From Gemmatimonadota bacterium (GTDB taxonomy: Bacteria; Latescibacterota; UBA2968; UBA8231), in assembly GCA_038153405.1 (NCBI GenBank), contig JAYOYH010000062.1:1-22357 (forward strand): a DNA stretch of 22,357 bases. Direction: 5' to 3'. The notes below the pieces were generated by a model, which worked only from the letters and a program-made list of their open reading frames with translations, ran no database searches and was not told the DNA's origin. Below are positions 15,676 through 22,357 of this stretch, piece after piece. Each line of letters opens with the position of its first letter. The stretch's first letter is position 1. The position numbers were made by a program, and so were the translations under genes.

Positions 15676-16794
15676 TCAGCGCGTCGGCCGATTTAGGGTG
15701 GGACGGCCCTCCAACTGGGGCGGCCCGTCGTAGCCAATGCTTTCCCAGCCGGCCACGTCACCGCCGCGCAAGCGGTAATCGTGCGGATAGATCTTTAGCG
15801 AGCGATCTGCCAGGGGAAGCGCCACGCGCTCGTGCCCGCTGCGAGCCGACAACTTTAGGGCCAGCGCAATTTCCAATGCCTGACGATAGTCGTGCCCACT
15901 GCATTCTATTTGACCGTCGCCGCGCCGAGCGGCGCGCACCAGGCGCTCGCATACGTAGGGGAATGCGCGCTGCCACTCCTGCTGCATAAATTCGGGATAG
16001 ACCGGCGTCGACTCAGCCCCCTTGCCCTTGACCAGCACTGGCTGCGGCCCATTGAACCACGCCTGGCCCTCTTCGCCTTCAACCCATACGCGACAGCGCA
16101 CCTGACCCTCTTCGCGCGGGGCTGGTATTTCGCATATAATGCCACCCGATAGACCCAAGCGACCATAGGCCGGACAGTCGATTTCGTATTCTTCGGCCCC
16201 TTCTGGCAACGTCCATCCCGGCTCCGGTGGCAAGGTCCACCCTTCGACCCACTCCACTTCCATCCCCGTGACTAGGCGCATCTGCGTCAGCTGCACGCAG
16301 CCGGCCCCGCTCACTTCGCGCGGCAGGCCGCCCGGAATGGCGGCCGCCGTTAGTGCACCGATATTGCCCTCGCGCAGCCACTGCGCGCACTCCTGTAAAA
16401 AGGGCACCTCCCAATAGGCTGTAGCGCAGCCAAAGGCGGTTCCGCGTTCTTGGCAGACGCGCACCATCTCATCGGCCAAGCTCAGTTCGACGGCCATCGG
16501 TTTTTCGCAGGAAACCGCTTTGACGCCAGCCTCGGCGCAGGCGATGACCGCGTCGTGGCTGAGGCGCACGGGCAGGATATTGGCGACGATATCCGGCGTT
16601 TCCCGCTTGAGCAACTCGCCTAGGTCGTTCAGCACTTCTTCCACGCCAGCGTGGCTGGCAAAGGTATGCGCCCGATCGGATGTGTCGACCAGCACGACGC
16701 TGCAATCATCCCGCTGGGCAAAGGCGCGCAGGTAGTGGCGGCCCCACATTCCGGCGCCGCCGACTACGGCTACGCGGAGTTTCTCATCGCTCAT
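15676..16794 (-). CDS. Gfo/Idh/MocA family oxidoreductase
   Basis: LRVAVVGGAGMWGRHY Rossmann fold and CEKPMA motif. Start set to ATG 16794 because the track extension overlaps the methyltransferase. Confidence 0.88.
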   Translation of the reverse strand: MSDEKLRVAVVGGAGMWGRHYLRAFAQRDDCSVVLVDTSDRAHTFASHAGVEEVLNDLGELLKRETPDIVANILPVRLSHDAVIACAEAGVKAVSCEKPMAVELSLADEMVRVCQERGTAFGCATAYWEVPFLQECAQWLREGNIGALTAAAIPGGLPREVSGAGCVQLTQMRLVTGMEVEWVEGWTLPPEPGWTLPEGAEEYEIDCPAYGRLGLSGGIICEIPAPREEGQVRCRVWVEGEEGQAWFNGPQPVLVKGKGAESTPVYPEFMQQEWQRAFPYVCERLVRAARRGDGQIECSGHDYRQALEIALALKLSARSGHERVALPLADRSLKIYPHDYRLRGGDVAGWESIGYDGPPQLEGRPTLNRPTR

Positions 16795-16881
16795 ATCGCT
16801 CTCTATATCTGCTGTGGACTCATTGCGAGCCCTTGACCTCTGCTTCATAAGAAGGTAGGTTTCGCCGCTCACCACAAGACC

Positions 16882-17928
16882 ATGAAAACGCAACATCGCC
16901 TCTTTTTTGCCGACGCTCGGCACATGCGCTCACTGGCTGACGGCAGCGTCGACCTCGTCGTCACCTCGCCGCCTTATCCAATGATCGCCATGTGGGACGA
17001 ACTCTTTGGCGGCGCCAGCCGCGCCGTGCGCACAGCGCTTGACGACGGCAATGGAGAGCGCGCTTTTGAGCTGATGCACCGCCGACTCGACGCCGTATGG
17101 AACGAGTGCTATCGCACATTGAGCGAAGGCGGGCTCATGTGCATCAATATCGGCGATGCCACGCGCACGCTCGGCGGTCGGTTCAGCCTCTACCCGAACC
17201 ACGCGCGCATTCTGCAGCACCTGCGCAAACTCGGCTTCGCTGCATTGCCCGATATCTTGTGGCGCAAGCCCACCAACGCACCCAACAAATTTATGGGCTC
17301 GGGCGTGCTGCCGGTCGGGGCGTACGTCACCCTCGAGCACGAGTATATCCTGATCGTGCGCAAGGGCGACAAGCGCACATTCTCCAGCGAGGCGGCAAAG
17401 AAGAGACGGCGGGAGAGCGCCCTGTTTTGGGAAGAGCGCAACGTCTGGTATTCGGACGTGTGGACGGACCTGACGGGCATGGGCCAGGGATTGGGCCCGG
17501 GCGCAGCGCGCAGCCGCAGTGCGGCCTATCCGTTTGAGCTGGCCTACCGCCTAGTCAATATGTTTTCCCTCAAAGGCGACGTGGTGCTCGACCCCTTTCT
17601 CGGAACGGGGACGACGGTACTGGCAGCCATGGCCTCCGAGCGCCATAGCGTTGGATTTGAGCTCGACGCCAGCCTCCGGGCGACCGTTGCCGAGCGCTGT
17701 GCATCGCTCGTCGAACAGGCCAACGACTATATCGCGGCGCGGCTCGAACGCCACGCATCGTTTGCCGCCGAGCGAAAAACAAAGTACCGCAACCGTCGCC
17801 ACGGATTTGGCGTGGTATCGGCCCAGGAGCGCGAAATAGAGCTGCGTGCGCTGCGCGCGGTAGACCAAGTAGAAGAAGATGTGTTCCACGTGCGCTATGG
17901 AGCGCGGCAGCGGCAAAGCGTGCGCTGA
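16882..17928 (+). CDS. Site-specific DNA amino-methyltransferase (beta class, probably N4-cytosine), orphan
   Basis: Motif IV DLVVTSPPY precedes motif I VLDPFLGTGTT (beta order); also WRKPTN and EHEYIL. Confidence 0.93.
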   Translation: MKTQHRLFFADARHMRSLADGSVDLVVTSPPYPMIAMWDELFGGASRAVRTALDDGNGERAFELMHRRLDAVWNECYRTLSEGGLMCINIGDATRTLGGRFSLYPNHARILQHLRKLGFAALPDILWRKPTNAPNKFMGSGVLPVGAYVTLEHEYILIVRKGDKRTFSSEAAKKRRRESALFWEERNVWYSDVWTDLTGMGQGLGPGAARSRSAAYPFELAYRLVNMFSLKGDVVLDPFLGTGTTVLAAMASERHSVGFELDASLRATVAERCASLVEQANDYIAARLERHASFAAERKTKYRNRRHGFGVVSAQEREIELRALRAVDQVEEDVFHVRYGARQRQSVR

Positions 17929-17934
17929 GCACGC

Positions 17935-18987
17935 TCAGAGCATGGCCTCGTTGATCTCCACGCCAAATCCCGACCCTTCCCCCAACTCGATATAGCCATC
18001 GACGGGTTGCGGCTCGCCCAGCCACAGTTGGTGCTGCTTAACGGCAAAGTTTCCCATGTGGCACTCGGCCAAATCCTCGCCGTAGCCGGCTGCCAAAAAG
18101 TGCGCTCCCCACACTTCACCGCCGCGATGTGGGCAGAGAGGTATGCCCTCGGACCGCGCTAGCTCGGCAATGCGCAGCGCCTCCGTCAGGCCGCCACACC
18201 AAGTGATATCCGGCTGCCACATGTCCAGCGCCCCGGCGCGGGCGATGTGTTTGAACGCATGCACGGTGAACTCGTGTTCACCGCCGACGACCTTTAGCGG
18301 CTGCACGGCGTCGCGCAGCGCAGCGCAGCCCTCTAGGTCATCGGGCTGCAGCACGTCCTCTATCCAATACAGATCATACGGTGCAGCGGCCCGCGCCACT
18401 TCCTTAGCGTAGTCAGCCTGCCACGACATATAGGCGTCGACCATGAGCAGCGCCTGCGCGCCAAAGAGGGCGCGCGCCTTTTCGGCCCAATCGAGCAGCG
18501 CCTCCAAGTCTTTGGCCCGTTCGCCGCTGCGCAGTTGGGTCGATTTGTGCGCGACAAACCCTGCGTCGCGGTAGTGTTCGGGATCCTGGCCGGTGGCGTA
18601 GGCACGGACCCGGTCGCGCTGCACGCCGCCCAGCAAATCGCATACGCGTTGGCCTTCGGCTTTGCCTAGCGCATCCCACAGCGCCAGGTCGACACCGCTA
18701 AGGGCCATGATGGCGATGCCGCCGCGCCCGTAGGGCAGACTGGCGCGGTAGAGCATATCCCACAGGTGCGCAATGTCTTCTATCTGGTTGCACGGCCGAT
18801 CGACGAGCAGTTCGCGAAAGTGGCGGTTGACTACCTCGACGCTGCCTACGCCGCCGCCGCCATATCCCCAACCCACGGCGCCCGTATCCATTTCGACCCG
18901 CACGGCGATTTGCCAAAAGTGCGTGCGCCAGGTCTTAGCTGGGTGGTTGTAGCGCGGATAGACGGCTTTGATATCGCGAATCTTCAT
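17935..18987 (-). CDS. L-rhamnonate dehydratase-like enolase-superfamily enzyme
   Basis: SGVDLALWDALGK, LMVDAYMSW, WIED, GGEHEFT, QPDITWCGGLTE and PH. Starts 3 nt after the rlmKL stop. Confidence 0.85.
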   Translation of the reverse strand: MKIRDIKAVYPRYNHPAKTWRTHFWQIAVRVEMDTGAVGWGYGGGGVGSVEVVNRHFRELLVDRPCNQIEDIAHLWDMLYRASLPYGRGGIAIMALSGVDLALWDALGKAEGQRVCDLLGGVQRDRVRAYATGQDPEHYRDAGFVAHKSTQLRSGERAKDLEALLDWAEKARALFGAQALLMVDAYMSWQADYAKEVARAAAPYDLYWIEDVLQPDDLEGCAALRDAVQPLKVVGGEHEFTVHAFKHIARAGALDMWQPDITWCGGLTEALRIAELARSEGIPLCPHRGGEVWGAHFLAAGYGEDLAECHMGNFAVKQHQLWLGEPQPVDGYIELGEGSGFGVEINEAML

Positions 18988-18990
18988 CGC

Positions 18991-21144
18991 TTAGGCTTTC
19001 CGGGCAATTTTCCAACACGTGTGAATGCGCCCATTGCGCTCAAAATCTTTGTCGATGGTTTGCGGTGTGATATCCTCAATGGACAGTTCCGGCAGGTGAT
19101 CGCTCTCCATTTTAAAACGGCGGAAGTTGTTGGAAAAGATCAGCAGGCCACCAGCGCTCAGCAGCGAGGAGACTCGGCGCAGCAGGTCGACGTGGTCGCG
19201 TTGCACATCAAAGTGATCTCGCATGCGCTTGGAGTTTGAAAAGGTCGGCGGATCCAAAAAAATCAAATCGTAACGCTGGCTTCGCTGCTGATCTACCCAC
19301 TCCAGGCAGTCGGCCTGGAGCAGTTCATGATGCCGGCCGCGCAGGCCGTTTAATTCGAGGTTGCGGCGGGCCCAGTCGACGTAGGTCTTCGACATGTCGA
19401 CAGAAGTGGTGGAAACCGCTCCTCCCAGCGCGGCGTGTACTGTGGCCGCACCCGTGTAGGCAAAGAGATTGAGGAAGCGCTTTCCGCGCGCTAGCTGGCC
19501 CAGTAGGTATCGCGTGGGACGATGGTCGAGAAAAAGGCCGGTATCTAGGTAGTCCGTGAAGTTTACCAGAAAACGTCCGCTTCCTTCGCGGACTTCGTGG
19601 AAGGCGCCCGCTGCGTCAAATTTCTCGTACTGGGCGCGACCGCGCTGGCGCTGGCGCACCTTGTAGAGCACGCGCGACTCGTCGATTTCCAACGCTTCCG
19701 GCAGCACCGCTAGCGCCTCCTCCAATCGCTCTTTGGCGCGCTGCTCGTCCACGCTAGAGGGCGCCTTGTACTCCTGAACATGGGCCCACAGCACGTCGCT
19801 CTGGTACAGGTCTATGGCCAGGGCATACTCCGGCAAGTCGGCATCGTACACCCTATAGCAGGCAATGTCGCTACGCCGCGCCCACCGCCCCAGCGTGCGG
19901 CGGTTTTTCTTCAGGCGATTGACCAGCATTTGGGCACTTTCGGAGGGCGCAGTCTTGCCCGCCTCTGAAGGCGGTGCTGCGAAGTAGCGGTCTTCCACTT
20001 CAAAGCGCAGCAGGCGACACTCGATAGGACCGTTGTTAAACTTATTGGTAAGCACGGCGCGCATGCCCAAGTAACGACCCAGTTCGGGGCGCCCGGTAAA
20101 CACGGCGGCTTTCCAGCCCACAAAGCGCGTTCTAATCACCTGGCCTAGGCCGGCATACAGCGCCCTGAGGGCGCGCTCCTCCCCTAGGCGCTCTCCATAG
20201 GGTGGGTTGGTTACCAGTAGCCCCAAGTGCCGACCGGGCGCGTTGGCATTTTGAAGATCGCACTGTTGAAAGTGCACATGGCCATCGATTTGCGCGCGCA
20301 CGGCGTTGGCCTGGGCGTAGTGCACCGCGCGCTCATCGCAGTCGCTGCCCACAATTTCCGGCAGAGCCTGCAGCCCGGCGCGCCGGCGCTGACGAGCCGC
20401 CACCAGCAGCGCATCCCAAATGTCGGGCTGGTGCTGCTTCCACGTTAAAAAACCGAAGTGGGCGCGGGTCAATCCCGGCGCACAGTCCCCGGCCATCAGC
20501 GCCGCCTCAATGGCCAGCGTGCCCGAGCCGCACATCGGATCGAACAGCGACCCGCCCGACGCAGCCACCTCGGGCCAACCAGCGCGCTGTAGGATAGCGG
20601 CCGCCAGATTCTCTTTTAGGGGCGCTTCGTGGCCGTCTTTGCGGTAGCCACGCCGGTGCAGACTTTCGCCAGACAAGTCGAGGCTGACAGTGGCGCGGTC
20701 ACCGCTCAGGCGAATGTTGATGCGCAGGTCGGGACGCTGCACGTCGACGGAGGGGCGTTTATTTTCGCGGGATCGAAATTGGTCGACAACGGCGTCTTTG
20801 ACCTTGAGGGCGGCGTAGTGACTGTGGGTAATGGAGGAGCGCAGCGCTATACAGTCTACGGCCAGCGTAGAGTCGGCACTCATATGCGCCGACCAGTCTA
20901 TATCTCGGGCACCAGCATAGAGCGCCTCCGGCGTCGGCGCGTCAAATTCAGCCAGCGGCAGCAGTAGGCGGTTGGCCAGTCGCGACCACAGACACGCCGC
21001 ATAGGCTTGCTCTAGTGAGCCCTCGAATTCGGCTCCTCCCCAGCGCTGGCGCGTCGCGGAAACGCCGATCCCAAGCAGTTCTTCGGCGAGCAAGTCTGCG
21101 CAGCCGTGCGGTGCCGTAGCAATAAACCGAACGCTCTTATCCAC
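18991..21144 (-). CDS. rlmKL: Bifunctional 23S rRNA methyltransferase RlmKL (m2G2445/m7G2069)
   Basis: THUMP region, SGESLHRRGYR, APLKENLAAA, DPMCGSGT, NPPYGER, YRVYDADLPEY, DTGLFLDHR, FLNLFAYTG and DPPTFSNSK. 717 aa, GTG start with GAGG upstream. Confidence 0.96.
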   Translation of the reverse strand: MDKSVRFIATAPHGCADLLAEELLGIGVSATRQRWGGAEFEGSLEQAYAACLWSRLANRLLLPLAEFDAPTPEALYAGARDIDWSAHMSADSTLAVDCIALRSSITHSHYAALKVKDAVVDQFRSRENKRPSVDVQRPDLRINIRLSGDRATVSLDLSGESLHRRGYRKDGHEAPLKENLAAAILQRAGWPEVAASGGSLFDPMCGSGTLAIEAALMAGDCAPGLTRAHFGFLTWKQHQPDIWDALLVAARQRRRAGLQALPEIVGSDCDERAVHYAQANAVRAQIDGHVHFQQCDLQNANAPGRHLGLLVTNPPYGERLGEERALRALYAGLGQVIRTRFVGWKAAVFTGRPELGRYLGMRAVLTNKFNNGPIECRLLRFEVEDRYFAAPPSEAGKTAPSESAQMLVNRLKKNRRTLGRWARRSDIACYRVYDADLPEYALAIDLYQSDVLWAHVQEYKAPSSVDEQRAKERLEEALAVLPEALEIDESRVLYKVRQRQRGRAQYEKFDAAGAFHEVREGSGRFLVNFTDYLDTGLFLDHRPTRYLLGQLARGKRFLNLFAYTGAATVHAALGGAVSTTSVDMSKTYVDWARRNLELNGLRGRHHELLQADCLEWVDQQRSQRYDLIFLDPPTFSNSKRMRDHFDVQRDHVDLLRRVSSLLSAGGLLIFSNNFRRFKMESDHLPELSIEDITPQTIDKDFERNGRIHTCWKIARKA

Positions 21145-21158
21145 CGGGCCTCAACGCG

Positions 21159-21192
21159 AAAAAGGCCGCTCCATTGCAATGGAGCGACCCTT
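21159..21192 (-). terminator. Rho-independent terminator-like hairpin just upstream of rlmKL
   Basis: Minus strand reads AAGGGTCGCTCCATTGCAATGGAGCGGCCTTTTT. It has a 20-bp perfect palindrome core (21167-21186), flanking G-U pairs that work only on the minus strand, and a U5 tail. Confidence 0.8.
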
Positions 21193-21366
21193 GTAACCAG
21201 CCGTAAAACCAACCTCCCCACACCGCCTTTTTGCCTTGCGGCAGCCTCTGGTGGGGCCCGTTAGAGGTGGTCATATAGCGCCTTCTGAAACTGTGAAATA
21301 ATGGACGACCACACAAGCATAATTACGTGTCTAAAAACGAAACCTGTATCTGATTGCGCGCTCGAC

Positions 21367-22116
21367 TCAGGACGAACCATTTTTATTTGCTCGTCTCTGC
21401 AGGCGGTAGCGCGCCGGTGACAGCCCGCTGTAGCGACGAAAAATCCGCGCGAAGTGCTGGGACGTGCTGAAACCAACGCGCGCCGCTATCTGGGACACGT
21501 TTAGAGCCGTCGTTTCCAACAGGTGGCGCGCCTCTTCTAAGCGGCTGGCGTGAAGAAATTCGACAAATGTCTTGCCCGTTGCCACGCGCACACGGCTAGA
21601 TACTGTATCGGAACTCAGGCCAAAGCGCAGGGCGACTTCCGCGCGCGTGCTGATAGCCGTAGCGTGTTCGCGTATGTAGTTTACGACGGGGTCGCTCAGC
21701 GTCGCACCAGGTGCCGCTCGGCGCCGTTCGGATAGTTTCTCTGCCAGCGTATTAACGCAGAGTGGATGGGGCAGATAGTCCCAAGCGCCTGCCTTGATTG
21801 CCTGCACGGCGCTGTCTATAGATGCCTCGCCGTTTACGGCAATGATATCCAATTGGCAGTCCAGCTCTTTTAGCCGGCGCAAATTCCTCAGGCCGTTGTC
21901 GTGCGAAGCAGAGAGGTCCAAGAGCAGCGCGTCGTAGCGGCCGTCTTGGACCCGCGCGCGGGCCTCTCGATAGTTCGTCGCCGTTTCTACGCGATAGCCG
22001 CGCGCACTAAAATCGGCGGCGTCCAACCCGCTCGCAGCCACTCCAACCCAGAGCAGGGCGTGTCCGCTGTGCACTTGAGCTACCGTCAACCCATCCTGCT
22101 TCCCATTCGCTAACAT
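21367..22116 (-). CDS. AraC-family transcriptional regulator with N-terminal atypical receiver domain
   Basis: Receiver-like YDALLLDL...SIDSAVQAIKAGAWDYLPHP and AraC HTH GKTFVEFLHASRLEEARHLL...IAARVGFSTSQHFARIFRRYSGLSPARYR. Likely start ATG 22116. Confidence 0.9.
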   Translation of the reverse strand: MLANGKQDGLTVAQVHSGHALLWVGVAASGLDAADFSARGYRVETATNYREARARVQDGRYDALLLDLSASHDNGLRNLRRLKELDCQLDIIAVNGEASIDSAVQAIKAGAWDYLPHPLCVNTLAEKLSERRRAAPGATLSDPVVNYIREHATAISTRAEVALRFGLSSDTVSSRVRVATGKTFVEFLHASRLEEARHLLETTALNVSQIAARVGFSTSQHFARIFRRYSGLSPARYRLQRRANKNGSS

Positions 22117-22232
22117 ATTCGTCTTCTCTTCTTTGCCCAAAAGAGAAAGGCCGGCGCGGACACAGTAGTCCCACACCGACCCCGGGCCATATCTTACGCA
22201 AAGATTACTGATCCGTCAACAACGGCCGCAGA

Positions 22233-22306
22233 CCGTTATATTCTGCCATATCCCTCTATATTCCGCTATATTCCGCTATATTCCGCTATATTCCGCTATA
22301 TTCCGC
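22233..22306. repeat. 10-bp tandem repeat (TTCCGCTATA)n
   Basis: Four perfect copies at 22261-22300, a partial copy to 22306, and three degenerate in-phase copies upstream (GACCGTTATA, TTCTGCCATA, TCCCTCTATA). Confidence 0.95.
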
Positions 22307-22357
22307 CGTGCGCAGTACATTTGCGTTCGTTTTCCCATTGTGTATAACGGATCCCTT

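Noticed and set aside
16795..16923. N-terminal extension of the Gfo/Idh/MocA ORF
   Set aside because: It overlaps the divergent methyltransferase start, and the Rossmann fold begins just after ATG 16794.
16882..17928. Restriction-modification or defence island around the methyltransferase
   Set aside because: Both neighbours are metabolic enzymes with very short gaps, and no nuclease, integrase or compositional shift is visible.
21181..21190. GGAGCGACCC resembling part of a ZMP/ZTP riboswitch
   Set aside because: The matching 5' GACUGGCG segment and 3' CGCCUGGG segment are absent; the sequence is explained as a terminator arm.
21159..21270. HDV-like ribozyme interpretation of the pseudoknot
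   Set aside because: There is no room for the P3/L3 element between the P2 5' strand and the P1 3' strand.
22233..22306. Tandem repeat as a CRISPR array
   Set aside because: The units are 10 bp, contiguous and without spacers, and there are no cas genes.

Overview
GC-rich (roughly 60% by eye) bacterial chromosomal region of about 19 genes. I see no mobile element, CRISPR array, rRNA or tRNA. Small-molecule and carbohydrate-acid enzymes dominate: three enolase-superfamily dehydratase/isomerase genes, two tandem PhyH-like Fe(II)/2-oxoglutarate oxygenases, an SGNH hydrolase, a phytoene-dehydrogenase-like FAD oxidoreductase, a GH1 beta-glucosidase, a phosphofructokinase, PdxA and a Gfo/Idh/MocA oxidoreductase. 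Other genes are rlmKL, an RsmC-like methyltransferase, a YbaN-family protein, a lipoprotein S1 protease, an orphan amino-DNA methyltransferase and an AraC regulator with a degenerate receiver domain. The points most worth a second look are: (1) a peptidoglycan amidase fused in frame to an acid-sugar dehydratase, where removing one base from a G5 run would give two ATGA-coupled genes; (2) a PhyH-like oxygenase with the halogenase-type HxG iron motif next to an HxD paralog; (3) a structured leader with a Trp-rich uORF and a terminator ending 14 nt before rlmKL; (4) an orphan methyltransferase resembling the CTAG m4C family, in a window where CTAG is only mildly depleted; (5) a 10-bp tandem repeat upstream of the pseudo-receiver regulator. 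All family calls come from motif recognition, not database searches.
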